From positions 1 through 58,925 of the forward strand of contig JAOUCL010000002.1 in assembly GCA_029859805.1 (NCBI GenBank): 58,925 nucleotides of DNA, read 5' to 3'. This stretch comes from Rhodospirillales bacterium. GTDB lineage: Bacteria; Pseudomonadota; Alphaproteobacteria; Kiloniellales; JAKSDN01. The notes below the pieces were generated by a model that had not been told where the DNA came from, made no database searches, and saw nothing but the letters and a program-made list of their open reading frames with translations. Shown piece by piece: positions 20,002 to 29,999 of this stretch (the stretch's first letter is position 1; every line of letters begins with the position of its first letter). Made by a program: the position numbers and the translations under genes.

Positions 20002-21516
20002 ATGGAGTTCGATCCGGGCCTGTTCGTCGAGCTTTTCGCCCGCACCCTGTCGTTCTGGTGGGTCATCATCCCGGCCATCTTCCTGGGCCTCGTGGTTGGC
20101 GCCATTCCCGGTTTCAGCGCTGCCAACACGATCATCATCCTACTGCCCCTGACACTGGCGATGGATCCGGAGATCGGGCTGATCTTCATGGTCGCGCTCT
20201 ATGCGTCGTCGCGCATGGGCGCCGGCATACCGGCCATTCTGGTCAACATCCCGGGCACCGCGGGCGCCGCCGCCACCCCCCTGGACGGCTATCCCATGAC
20301 CAAGGCGGGACGAGGCCATCAGGCCTTGGCCATTTCCTTCGTGTCGTCCACGGCCGGCGGGCTGTTGACGACCATCCTGGCACTGCTCGCGATGCCGTGG
20401 CTCTCTCAGGTCGCCTACTATCTGCATAGCGTCGAGATGATCGTGGTGATGCTGTTCGGCATCTCGCTGATCGCCTCGGTTGCCGCGCGAGACACGCTGA
20501 AAGGCCTCATTGCCGGTTTCTTCGGTCTGATGATCGGCGCGATCGGTGCCGATGTGGTCTATGCAACACCGCGCGGCACCTTCGGTTTCCTCGAGCTCTA
20601 TGACAAGGTGCCGCTGATCCCTGCACTGGTCGGCCTGTTCGCCATATCGGAAGCCTTCCTCGTCATTGAACAGCGCTCGATCATCACGAAGGAGGGACAG
20701 GCGCTGATGGCCAAGGCCGGCTGGGCCGAAACCTGGGAAGGAGTTCGCATTGCCTGCTCGAAATGGTGGCACATCACCTGGACCAGCATCATCGGCCTCG
20801 TGATCGGAGTGGTGCCCGGCGCCGGCGCCTCGATTGCCTCTTTCGTCGCCTACCAGCAATCGCGAACCTATTCGAAGACGCCGGAGCTTTACGGTACCGG
20901 CCATGTGGAAGGATTGGTCGCGCCGGAATCGGCCAACAACGGCGTCACCTCGGGAACGCTGATTCCTTTGCTGGTGATCGGCATACCCGGCGGCGCCACG
21001 GCGGCGATCATGCTCGTCGTCCTGCAGTATCACGGCGTGGCGATCGGCCCGGATCTGTTCCTGAGCAATCCCAATCTGGCCTATGGCCCGTTCACGGCCA
21101 TGGCGGTGACCTACGCCCTCATGATCCTGACGATCATGCCGCTGGCGCGTTACATGTCCAAGGTGACGGTGGTTTCGACCGTCTACATGACGCCCGTCAT
21201 CATTTCCTTCACGCTGGTCGGCGCCTTCGTTTCACGCGAGTATGTTTTCGATATGTACTTGGCACTGGTGTTTGGCGTGATCGGCTATATCGCTCGGAAG
21301 ACAGGCTATCACGTGGCGGCTATTCTGATCGGCGTGATCCTGGGGCCGATGCTCGAGAACTACTTCCTCCGCGCCCTGAGGATGTCCCAGGGCGATATCA
21401 TGGTGCTGTTCTCCTCTACGCTCGGCAATATCCTCTGGGTGCTCTTAGCCTTCTCGATCGGCCTGCCGTACTATCTCCAGTATCGGCGCAAGCGTCGCCG
21501 GCAAGCCACGGCCTGA
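20002..21516 (+). CDS. tctA: Tripartite tricarboxylate transporter large permease
   Basis: GAIPG, AILVNIPGT, DGYPM, PGAGASIASF, APESANNG, IGIPGG. Confidence 0.93.
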   Translation: MEFDPGLFVELFARTLSFWWVIIPAIFLGLVVGAIPGFSAANTIIILLPLTLAMDPEIGLIFMVALYASSRMGAGIPAILVNIPGTAGAAATPLDGYPMTKAGRGHQALAISFVSSTAGGLLTTILALLAMPWLSQVAYYLHSVEMIVVMLFGISLIASVAARDTLKGLIAGFFGLMIGAIGADVVYATPRGTFGFLELYDKVPLIPALVGLFAISEAFLVIEQRSIITKEGQALMAKAGWAETWEGVRIACSKWWHITWTSIIGLVIGVVPGAGASIASFVAYQQSRTYSKTPELYGTGHVEGLVAPESANNGVTSGTLIPLLVIGIPGGATAAIMLVVLQYHGVAIGPDLFLSNPNLAYGPFTAMAVTYALMILTIMPLARYMSKVTVVSTVYMTPVIISFTLVGAFVSREYVFDMYLALVFGVIGYIARKTGYHVAAILIGVILGPMLENYFLRALRMSQGDIMVLFSSTLGNILWVLLAFSIGLPYYLQYRRKRRRQATA

Positions 21517-21566
21517 GGCGAGCACCCATGTTGGCTTCCCACATGAACAACGCCGACGTTTCGGAT

Positions 21567-22289
21567 CTACTCGACGCCTGTCGCGGCGAAGGTTTCCGTG
21601 GCCCAGGGCGAACCCAGAAACCGGGTGAAGTTCACAGCTACGTCCGGCGCGCGCGCCTCGGCCAAGATCCCGGCGGCGTAGGTCGTCACCTTGCCGATCT
21701 CCGCGGGCAGGGGCCCGGCCAGCTCGAGGCCCTGGTCGAGGTGCAGGCGGATTTCGGTGATCTGGCCGAAGCCGATCTCCCGCGCCGCGCGGCTCCGCGC
21801 CAGATGCCGCATGACGGCGGCGCCGGTCGGCACCCGCGTCGTCTTGGCCTCGGCCGCCTCGGCAATTCCCAGGCGCTCCATCAGCTGGGCGATGTACAGG
21901 CCGCTCGAGGCCTGGTTGTAGACCAGCGAGTCGGCGGCGAGCAGGGCTTGCTTGAACGCCTCGACCGAGGACAGGTCCGGCACAGGCGCGCCCGCGCGCA
22001 CGACCACGCCGGCCCTGATCGAGCCGAGCACGGTGCTGCGGTCGGGCAGCGCGCGGCCGCTCGCCAAGAACTCCCGCAGGACCGGGAGCGGAGCGACGAC
22101 GACGTCCGCGTCGACCTGGCCCCGCGCGACGCGGCCGCGCAGCACCGGCGCCGTCGCGAAGTCGATCTCGACCCGCCGTCCGGTCTGCCGGAAAAACGCC
22201 TCCGCGCAGCGGGACACGCCGGTCTTGGGCGCCCCGGCGCTGAGGACTTTGAGCGGCACGTTCGCGCCGTCTGTGGACTCTTGCGACAT
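21567..22289 (-). CDS. ModA-like substrate-binding-fold protein with no signal peptide
   Basis: LKVLSAGA, VVVRAGAPVPDLSS, YNQASSG, IGFGQITEI, GPLPAEI...YAAG. Confidence 0.75.
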   Translation of the reverse strand: MSQESTDGANVPLKVLSAGAPKTGVSRCAEAFFRQTGRRVEIDFATAPVLRGRVARGQVDADVVVAPLPVLREFLASGRALPDRSTVLGSIRAGVVVRAGAPVPDLSSVEAFKQALLAADSLVYNQASSGLYIAQLMERLGIAEAAEAKTTRVPTGAAVMRHLARSRAAREIGFGQITEIRLHLDQGLELAGPLPAEIGKVTTYAAGILAEARAPDVAVNFTRFLGSPWATETFAATGVE

Positions 22290-22408
22290 CGCCGTCACCG
22301 AACCGCCGGCCAGGGGTCAACCATACCGCTTTCTCCCCGCCCTGGGCAGGGTATGGGCCGCCGCGACCGGCGCCCAGCTCTAGGAACCAACGCGATTAGG
22401 AGGGAACC

Positions 22409-23392
22409 ATGAAACACCGCCGCTTGGGAAGCTGCCCGCTCGAGGTCTCGGCCATCGGCCTGGGCTGCATGACCATGACCGGCCTCTACGGGGCCAGCGA
22501 CGACGCGGAGGCGACCGCCACGATCCACCGCGCCGCGGAGCTGGGCATCAACCTGCTCGACACTTCCGACGCCTATGGCCGGGGCAAGAACGAGGAACTC
22601 GTCGGCCGCGCCATCGGCGACCGGCGCGACCGGTACCTCGTGCTCACCAAGTTCGGCAACATACGCCATCCGGACGGCCGCCAGGGCGTCAACAGCAAGC
22701 CGGACTACGTGGTCGAGGCTTGCGAGGCGAACCTAAAGCGGTTGGGCATCGACACAATAGACTTCTATTTCCAGCATCGCGTCGACCCCGAGACTCCGAT
22801 CGAAGAGACCGTGGGCGCGATGGCCCGCCTGGTCGAGCAGGGTAAGGTGCGCTTCCTCGGGCTTTCCGAGGCCGCCCCCGACACCCTGCGCCGGGCCCAC
22901 GCGGTGCACCCGATCGCGGCCCTGCAGACCGAATATTCGCTGTGGAGCCGCGACGCGGAGGCGGAGATCCTGCCGGCCTGCCGCGAACTCGGCGTCGGCT
23001 ACCTGGCCTATTCGCCCCTGGGCCGCGGGTTCCTGACCGCGGCGATCGACAGCCTCGACCGGCTCGAGGAAAAGGACCGGCGGCGCGACCACCCGCGCTT
23101 CCAGGCCGACAACCTGGCGCGCAACAAGGCCCTGCTGGCGCCGCTGCGCGAGCTTGCGGCGGCCAAGGGCTGCGCGCCCGCCCAGGTCGCGCTTGCCTGG
23201 CTGCTCGCCAAGGGCGACGATATCGTGCCGATCCCGGGCGCCAAGTACCGCGTCCACTTGGAGCAGAATGCCGCCGCCGTCGACCTCGTGCTGAGCGACG
23301 AGGAGATCGCCCGCCTGGACGCGGCGTTTCCGCCGGGCGCGGCCGCCGGAGAGCGCTATCCCCCCGGCGGCCTCAAGCGCCTGAACCTCTAG
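22409..23392 (+). CDS. Aldo/keto reductase
   Basis: [49 protein letters not shown]. Confidence 0.95.
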   Translation: MKHRRLGSCPLEVSAIGLGCMTMTGLYGASDDAEATATIHRAAELGINLLDTSDAYGRGKNEELVGRAIGDRRDRYLVLTKFGNIRHPDGRQGVNSKPDYVVEACEANLKRLGIDTIDFYFQHRVDPETPIEETVGAMARLVEQGKVRFLGLSEAAPDTLRRAHAVHPIAALQTEYSLWSRDAEAEILPACRELGVGYLAYSPLGRGFLTAAIDSLDRLEEKDRRRDHPRFQADNLARNKALLAPLRELAAAKGCAPAQVALAWLLAKGDDIVPIPGAKYRVHLEQNAAAVDLVLSDEEIARLDAAFPPGAAAGERYPPGGLKRLNL

Positions 23393-23427
23393 GGCATGTG
23401 AGACACCGTTGCGAAGGAGAGAAGGAC

Positions 23428-24714
23428 ATGACCCAGAACGGCGAATTCCAGCTGGCGCGGAACGTCAGGCGAGTCGGCCACCTGGACATCCCCGGCGGCG
23501 GCCAGGTCGTGGTCCAGGGCTCTTATGCCTACGTCGGCCACATGAAACCGCCGCACGGCACTTCGATCATCGACGTCTCCGACCCGGCGCAGCCCAAACT
23601 GGCCGGGGCGGTCGAACTGGCCGACGGCTATTCCCACACCCACAAGGTCCGCATCGTCGGCGACCTGATGTTCACGAACGTGGAGCAGAACAACCGGCAC
23701 TTCCTGCGCAAGGGCGCGCGGCTGCCGGAGCTCCGGGCGCGGCTCGCGGGCGGACTCGGACGCCCGCCGAGCGACGCCGAGCTGGCCGCCGAGCTGGGCG
23801 TGGAGACCGACGACCTGCCCGTCTTGGACGCCGCGCGCGAGCGCGGCTACGCCGACGGCGGCTTCCGGATCTACGACGTCTCCGACAAGGCCAGGCCGAA
23901 GCTGATCGCCGACCACAAGACCTTCGGCTTCGGCGTACACCGCTTCGACGTGGACGAGAACTACGCCTACATCTCGACCGAGATGGAGGGTTACATCGGC
24001 AACATCCTGGTGATCTATGACATTCGCAATCCGGCCAAGCCCGCCGAGGTCTCGCGCTGGTGGATGCCGGGTCAACACCTGGCCGGCGGCGAGACGCCGA
24101 GCTGGCAGGGCTACAAGAACCGCCTGCACCACGCCCTGCGGGTCGGCGACGAGCTCTGGGCCTCGGTCTGGCACGCCGGATTCCGGGTGATCGATGTCAG
24201 CGACATCGCCCGACCACGGACCCTGGCCGCGCACGACTATCACCCGCCCTTCCCCGAGCCGACCCATACGGTCCTGCCGCTCGAACAGCGGATCGACGGC
24301 CGGCGCATCGCGGTCGTCGTGGACGAGGAGCACGAGCACGAGCGCGGCCAGGGCCGCCTGCACGGCTTCATGTGGGTCTTCGACGTCACGGACTTCGAGC
24401 GGATCCAGGCGCTCTCGGCCTTCGATCTCAGCGAGCTGGAGAGCCCCTGGAGCCGCGCGCCCGGCCGCTTCGGCGCCCATCAGTTCCGCGAGAAGCTGGA
24501 CGGCACCCTGGTCTATCTGACTTGGTTCTCGGGCGGCCTCAGGATCGTCGACGTGGCCGACCCGTTCCGCCCGAAGGAAGTCGGCCACTTCATTCCCGAG
24601 CCGGTGATGGGCGCGCCGAGCCCGCAGAGCAACGACGTCGACGTCGACGACAACGGCCTGATCTACCTGATCGACCGCGACGCCGGATTCGATGTCCTGG
24701 AATTCACGGCCTGA
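23428..24714 (+). CDS. LVIVD-repeat beta-propeller protein
   Basis: Repeated IIDVSDP, IYDVSDK, LVIYDIRNP, VIDVSDI and LRIVDVADP blades; GAAGGAC ribosome-binding site. Confidence 0.85.
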   Translation: MTQNGEFQLARNVRRVGHLDIPGGGQVVVQGSYAYVGHMKPPHGTSIIDVSDPAQPKLAGAVELADGYSHTHKVRIVGDLMFTNVEQNNRHFLRKGARLPELRARLAGGLGRPPSDAELAAELGVETDDLPVLDAARERGYADGGFRIYDVSDKARPKLIADHKTFGFGVHRFDVDENYAYISTEMEGYIGNILVIYDIRNPAKPAEVSRWWMPGQHLAGGETPSWQGYKNRLHHALRVGDELWASVWHAGFRVIDVSDIARPRTLAAHDYHPPFPEPTHTVLPLEQRIDGRRIAVVVDEEHEHERGQGRLHGFMWVFDVTDFERIQALSAFDLSELESPWSRAPGRFGAHQFREKLDGTLVYLTWFSGGLRIVDVADPFRPKEVGHFIPEPVMGAPSPQSNDVDVDDNGLIYLIDRDAGFDVLEFTA

Positions 24715-24717
24715 CGG

Positions 24718-25938
24718 TCATTCCGCGGGTGCCGGCGCCGGCCTGTGCCCAGTGCGGGCAACGCCGACCGTGGCGATCGCCAAGAGCAGGATCGCGGCCA
24801 GCAGAAAGAAGACCCAGTCTGCATGACCCAGGTCGATCAGCAGCCCGAACAGCACCGGCGTGACTGCGGCGCCGAGGTTGAGCCCGGCGCTGACGAAGGC
24901 GAAGACCCGGCCCGTGGCGCCCTTGGGCGTGACCGCCCGCACCATCATGTCGCGCGACGGGCGGACCGAGCCCTGCAGCAGCCCGACCGCGGCGAAGACG
25001 GCGATCAGCGCCAACACCGGCAGCTGCGCGTTGCCGACCAGGAAGAACAGCACCGCCGAGCCCGCCATGGCCGCCGCAGCGAGCAGGCCGTGGCGGGCGG
25101 TCCGGTCCGCGATCGGGCCGCCCAGCAGAACGCCGGCCGCGCTCGCCATCAGGAAGGCGGTCAGCACCGTGTTGGCCGGGCCGAGGCCGGTGCCCTGGAA
25201 GGCGACCAGGGCGGTCACCGAGAAGCTCTGCACGCCGGCCGTCACCATGGCCATGCAGACGAAGAACGCGAACATCGTCAGCACCCCCGGCGTCAGCAGC
25301 GGACGGAGGCCGGCCGGGGCTTCGCTCTGCCTGCCGGCTGCGCCGCCCGGCGCCGGCGCATCGTCCTTCAGCAGATGGCCGTAGGCGAGCAGGCCGGCGA
25401 CCACCGCCAGGGCCGCCAGGCCGGCCAGGCCGAGCGCCCAACGCCAGCCCCAGAGCGAGGACAGCAGGATCATGGTCGCCGGCGCCAGGGTGAAGCCGAC
25501 GTTGCCGGTGAAGGTGTGCAGGGCGAAGGCGCGGCCGATCCGCTTCGGGTCGACCGAGGCGTTGAGAATCGCATAGTCGGCCGGATGAAAGACGCTGTTG
25601 CCGATGCCGGCGAGGGCGACCAGGCCGAGCACCATCCAGTACTGGCCGGCGAGACCGATCAGGCCGATGCCCAGGCCGCTCAACAGAAGACCCGCGAGCA
25701 GTACGGGGCGGGCGCCGATCCGGTCGACCAGAATTCCGGCCGGCACCTGGACCAGGCCGGTGGCGACGTTGAACGCCGTCACCAGGAGGCCGAGCGCCGC
25801 GTAGCCGACGCCGAACTCCGCCTTCAGGAGCGGAAAGAGCGGCGGCAGGGCGAGCAGGTAGAAGTGGCTGACGGCATGGCCAGAGCCGATCATGCCCATG
25901 ATCGCGGCGTATCGTTTGCGCTCGGCCGAAACGGCCAT
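24718..25938 (-). CDS. MFS transporter (Fsr-like)
   Basis: HAVSHFY, GILVDRIGAR (motif A), GNSVFHP, GGPIADR; about 12 TM segments. Confidence 0.9.
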   Translation of the reverse strand: MAVSAERKRYAAIMGMIGSGHAVSHFYLLALPPLFPLLKAEFGVGYAALGLLVTAFNVATGLVQVPAGILVDRIGARPVLLAGLLLSGLGIGLIGLAGQYWMVLGLVALAGIGNSVFHPADYAILNASVDPKRIGRAFALHTFTGNVGFTLAPATMILLSSLWGWRWALGLAGLAALAVVAGLLAYGHLLKDDAPAPGGAAGRQSEAPAGLRPLLTPGVLTMFAFFVCMAMVTAGVQSFSVTALVAFQGTGLGPANTVLTAFLMASAAGVLLGGPIADRTARHGLLAAAAMAGSAVLFFLVGNAQLPVLALIAVFAAVGLLQGSVRPSRDMMVRAVTPKGATGRVFAFVSAGLNLGAAVTPVLFGLLIDLGHADWVFFLLAAILLLAIATVGVARTGHRPAPAPAE

Positions 25939-26059
25939 GGCGGGTCTCTCCTCTCCAGGCTCCCTGCCGGACGGGGGTTTCGCAAAACGCCTATCATGTC
26001 CGGGCAGCCCGGGCAAACTGCGCAGGCACCGCCAGGGGCGCTGCATCACGGAGGAAACC

Positions 26060-26539
26060 ATGACCGACAAGGACCTGCTGCCGCCGAGCATCGATCCGAC
26101 GAAGGCGGCGATCGGCATCCGCCGGGTCGCCCTGCTGAACCAGGCCACGACGCGCTCGGTCATGACGGTGCGCGGCCACGAGCTGATCACCGACGAGCCG
26201 GAGTCCGACACCGGGCCGACGCCTTTGGAGATGGCGCTGGCCGCGCTGATCGGCTGCGAGGGCGTGATCATCAACCGCTGCGCGAAGGTCATGCGCTTTG
26301 CCTACAGCGCGGTCGAGATCGACGGCGAGGGCGAGGTCGACCGGCGCGGCTCGCGCGGCGTGCCCGGGGTGCGTCCCTATTTCAACTGGGTGCGGCTCGA
26401 GATCCGCGTCCACAGCAACGAGAGCCCCGAGCGTTTCGCCAAGCTGATCAAGAACGTCGAGTACCGCTGCCCGGTGATGAACCTGTACCGTTCGGCCGAG
26501 GTCGAGGTCATCACCGACTGGCGCCTGCTCCCGGACTGA
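26060..26539 (+). CDS. OsmC/Ohr family protein
   Basis: ITDEP...DTGPTPLEMALAALIGC...RCPV; GGAGG ribosome-binding site. Confidence 0.85.
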   Translation: MTDKDLLPPSIDPTKAAIGIRRVALLNQATTRSVMTVRGHELITDEPESDTGPTPLEMALAALIGCEGVIINRCAKVMRFAYSAVEIDGEGEVDRRGSRGVPGVRPYFNWVRLEIRVHSNESPERFAKLIKNVEYRCPVMNLYRSAEVEVITDWRLLPD

Positions 26540-26636
26540 AAAAGGTGTCAGGAACCTTTTTCCAATATATTTCATTGAAATCAAAAGATATTTCATGCTA
26601 CGCACATTTCTGAAAAAGGTTTCTGACACCTTTATT
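26539..26636. repeat. REP doublet A (REPIN-like), directly upstream of the RAYT gene
   Basis: AAAAAGGTGTCAGGAACCTTTTT (26539-26561), 51-nt AT-rich spacer, inverted AAAAAGGTTTCTGACACCTTTATT (26613-26636). Confidence 0.9.
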
Positions 26637-26646
26637 GGAGCGACAG

Positions 26647-27360
26647 ATGGGACGACCCTTGCGTTCGGCGGCCGGCGGCGTGGTTTATCACGTGCTCAAT
26701 CGCGCTGCCGGGCAGCGCCGGATCTTCGAACAGCCGGGGGACTATGCCGCCTTCGAAGCGGTGCTCGCCGAAGCCCACCAGCGGACGGCCATGCGGATGC
26801 TGGCCTACTGCCTCATGCCCAACCATTGGCACCTGGTTCTGTGGCCGCGCAAAGACGGCGATCTGTCCAGGTTCGTGTCTTGGCTCACCTTGACCCACAC
26901 TCAGCGCTGGCACGCCCAGCATGGCACCGCGGGAACGGGTCCTCTCTACCAGGGCCGGTTCAAGGCCTTTCCCGTGCAGGCCGACGGGCACTTCCTCACC
27001 CTATGCCGCTATGTCGAGCGCAACGCGCTCCGGGCCGGGCTGGTCGAGCGGGCCGAGGACTGGCCCTGGTGCAGCTTACGGCGGCACACCCTCGGCGGCG
27101 CGCCGCAGGAGGCCTGGCTCGGCCCCTGGCCGGTCGAGCGGCCGGCCGATTGGCTCGCCTGGGTCAACCAGCCCCAGACGGGGACCGAGCTCGAGGCGCT
27201 GCGGTCCTGCGTGGCACGCGGCCGGCCTTTCGGAGCCGATCCCTGGATCAAGCGCACCGCCCGTCGATTTGGACTGGAAGGCACGCTGCGGCCGCGCGGC
27301 CGACCCAAGAAGCAGGTCGATCACAAGAACAGCCGACACCCAAGGTCCGGTGGGCAATAA
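26647..27360 (+). mobile_element. REP-associated tyrosine transposase (RAYT/TnpA-REP, Y1 HUH superfamily)
   Basis: YHVLNR, AYCLMPNHWHLVL (HUH), QGRFK, RYVERNALRAGLV (catalytic Tyr), WPWCSL; C-terminal extension ending TLRPRGRPKK; REP doublets on both sides. Confidence 0.92.
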
Positions 27361-27473
27361 AGGTGTCATGGGCAATAAAGGTGTCAGGAACCTTTTTCTG
27401 GAAATTTCACGTACAAATAAGCAATTGACCTATATAGTATAATCGGGTCTAAAAGGTTGCTGACACCTTTTTT
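27351..27473. repeat. REP doublet B, overlapping the RAYT stop codon, with an 18-bp tandem duplication
   Basis: TGGGCAATAAAGGTGTCA x2, then GGAACCTTTTT, 53-nt spacer, inverted AAAAGGTTGCTGACACCTTTTTT (27451-27473). Confidence 0.9.
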
Positions 27474-27503
27474 CCGCACCCGATTGGCGGCCGCTCTGCA
27501 GCG

Positions 27504-28199
27504 CTACTTGCTGCCTTCCTTCCTGGCCGGGGCCGGGCGCAGGCGGCGGCGCAGCAGGAGCCAGAGCACCAGGCCGCCGCCCAAGAGCAGGGCCCAGGCC
27601 CTCCAACCCAGGCTCTCGATGTTGTCGCCCATCACCACGAAGAGGACGGTGAGCGGCAGGATGCCGAGGCCGGTGGTCCAGGCGAAGGTCCACCAGGTCA
27701 CGCGCGTCAGCCCGGCCGCGTAATTGATCAGGTTGAAAGCGATGACCGGTATGAAGCGGCTGACCAGGAGCACCTGCCAGCCCTCCCGGGCGGCCCAGTC
27801 GTCCAGCGCGTGCCAGTCGCGCTTGGCGACGAGGCCCTCGACGAAGGGCCGGCCGAGCACGCGGGCCACGCCGAAGGCCGCGAAAGCCCCCAGCATCGCC
27901 CCGCTCCAGGTGATCACCGTGCCCCAGAGCGGGCCGTAGACCATGCCGTTGGCGAAGGTGACGAACTCGGCCGGAAAGGGCACGAAGGAGTGGATCACCA
28001 TCAGCCCCATCGAGGCGAAGACGCCCCAGGCGCCCCAAGACTGGATGGTCTCTTGGATGGTCTGGATCGTGAGGCCCCGGCCCCAACCGAGCCACAAGGC
28101 GGTGGCGACGGCAACCACGCCGAGCCCCAGTAGCGCGACTCCGGCGATTCTGACCGCAACCGCCCCGCGCCGGCGTTCAGTAGCTCCGCCACCAACCAT
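27504..28199 (-). CDS. TVP38/TMEM64 (VTT-domain) membrane protein
   Basis: FVPFPAEFVTFANGMVYG, SRFIPVIAFNLINYAAG, TGLGILP. Confidence 0.88.
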   Translation of the reverse strand: MVGGGATERRRGAVAVRIAGVALLGLGVVAVATALWLGWGRGLTIQTIQETIQSWGAWGVFASMGLMVIHSFVPFPAEFVTFANGMVYGPLWGTVITWSGAMLGAFAAFGVARVLGRPFVEGLVAKRDWHALDDWAAREGWQVLLVSRFIPVIAFNLINYAAGLTRVTWWTFAWTTGLGILPLTVLFVVMGDNIESLGWRAWALLLGGGLVLWLLLRRRLRPAPARKEGSK

Positions 28200-28281
28200 C
28201 GCTGCTCTCCCCGCCCTCCGCGACTAGGGTGGCGCAGCGCGATCGGTCGATCAAGGGCGATTTCCCAGGCCGCCGCGCCAC

Positions 28282-28857
28282 TTACGAAACGGTGTTCACA
28301 CCGGCCCGCGTCGGATCCGGCAGCCGGCAGAACCCCTGCGCGGGCACGCCCAGCGCGGCGTTGAACTTGCTGGAGAGGTTCTGAAACGCGATCAAGGCGG
28401 TCAATTCGAGGACCGCGTCGTCGTCGAGCCGCGCCTTGACGGCCGCCATCAGGGCGTCGTCGACCTGCCGGTCGCTCAAGGTGACGGCTTCGGCATAGTC
28501 GAGCGCGGTCCGCTCGCGCGCGTCGAACAGATCGCTGTCGCGCCAGTGGGACAGCGCCTCGACCTTCTCGACGGAGGCGCCGCGCTTCATCAGGGTGGCC
28601 GAGTTGATGTCGACGCAGAAGGGGCACCAGTTGAGCTGCGAGATGCGCACGGTCAACAGCGAGCGCAGCGCCGGCTCGAGCGGCGAGCCCTTGCGGTCGA
28701 GCGCGCCATACAGGAGCGCGACCGTCGCGAAGAGCTTGGGCACCCGGGCCCAGAGCCGCGCGGCCTCCAGCTCCTGACCGTACTTGCGGCGCTGGTTCCA
28801 GAAGAACGGCCTCAGGTACCAGGGATAGGCCTTGGGCGAACGGGGCTCTACGTGCAT
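28282..28857 (-). CDS. Carboxymuconolactone decarboxylase/AhpD family protein
   Basis: RISQLNWCPFCVDIN, ERTALDYAEAVT, ELTALIAFQNLSSKFNAALG; GGAGG ribosome-binding site. Confidence 0.88.
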   Translation of the reverse strand: MHVEPRSPKAYPWYLRPFFWNQRRKYGQELEAARLWARVPKLFATVALLYGALDRKGSPLEPALRSLLTVRISQLNWCPFCVDINSATLMKRGASVEKVEALSHWRDSDLFDARERTALDYAEAVTLSDRQVDDALMAAVKARLDDDAVLELTALIAFQNLSSKFNAALGVPAQGFCRLPDPTRAGVNTVS

Positions 28858-29171
28858 ATCATCGCTCCTCCTCCGTGACAGTATTATAAGGGATCACAGA
28901 TCCAGCCCAAGCTTGCGGCCCCGGCAGATCGCGGTGTGGGCTCGCTGTACAAGTCCCGGGAACGGACCGGCTTCTGCAGGGCCGCGAATAGATCCTTCCG
29001 ATCCTTACGGAAATAGCTGCCGGGTCGCAAAGCGACCGCATCCATCGGCTAGCCCACCGATATGACAATCTATAAGATCCGATCACCTTCCAGTGCACGG
29101 TCGTCTTTCACACTGTCGATCTTGAACGGTAGATCTCAGGTTGGACACCAAGAGGAAAGGGAAACCGATTC

Positions 29172-29921
29172 ATGAGGCATTATCTCAAGGCTTGCGCCGT
29201 CTTTCTCGTGCTCTTGATCGCAACCGCCTGCACCGGACCGACCTGGCAGCTGTCCGACTATGACGTCTCCAGCGTCCGGTCCGTCGGCATCGTGAGCCTG
29301 CTCGGGGAAACTCTGGAGGCGAATTACGTCGGCGTTTGGGCATTCGGCAACGAATACTGGGAAAGCGGCAAGCTTGGGTGGAACTTGAACGCCATGAGCG
29401 TCGCCACTGTCGAGAAGTACCTCGCGGGACAAGGCTTCACCGTCATACCTCTTTCCTACGACCGAGCGTCGATGTGGAAGGAGTATTTGGAGGGCCAGGG
29501 CTCCTACGGTTTCAGGTTGACTGAATTCTCTTCGACGTTCGGCTTGATAGAGCCGGAACTTGTCCGGCTCTCTCAGTCCACCGATCTCGACGCCTTCCTC
29601 GTATTGACCCCCGGCCATGAGGGGCGGCACTGCTCGGGCGGTGAGCCATGCATTGGCTACGGAGATCGCGGGTATGGAGTCCACAACCGGCTCGGAATAC
29701 AGCACAACGCGTACATCTCGGTGATGGTTTCCCTCGTGTCCGCGAAGGACTTGAAGATAATGGCAAACGTCCCAGCCAACCAGCATTGGCCCTTGAGTTT
29801 CAAGAGGTGGGCGGCCTCGCTCGACGGCTATTCCGAGCAGGAAAGGGCCGAGATACGCGCAGCCTTTGAAGAGCTCGCCGCAAGCGGGTTGAGAGAGGCG
29901 GTCGGTCATTTGGGCATTTGA
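29172..29921 (+). CDS. Hypothetical lipoprotein
   Basis: Hydrophobic leader with IATAC lipobox-like cysteine; purine-rich ribosome-binding site; protein-like composition. Confidence 0.7.
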   Translation: MRHYLKACAVFLVLLIATACTGPTWQLSDYDVSSVRSVGIVSLLGETLEANYVGVWAFGNEYWESGKLGWNLNAMSVATVEKYLAGQGFTVIPLSYDRASMWKEYLEGQGSYGFRLTEFSSTFGLIEPELVRLSQSTDLDAFLVLTPGHEGRHCSGGEPCIGYGDRGYGVHNRLGIQHNAYISVMVSLVSAKDLKIMANVPANQHWPLSFKRWAASLDGYSEQERAEIRAAFEELAASGLREAVGHLGI

Positions 29922-29999
29922 GCGGCCTGCCGCCGAGCGGATGTAGATACCGTCCCGTCCGGCGCTCCTTCGAGATCAAGCCACCGCCGCAGGACTTCC

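Noticed and set aside
27425-27443. TTGACC and TATAAT in the REP B spacer read as a sigma-70 promoter
   Set aside because: Only 7 nt separate the two hexamers
28860-29170. Short hairpins in a 310-bp intergenic region read as a riboswitch or sRNA
   Set aside because: No recognisable aptamer consensus; stems this short are expected by chance
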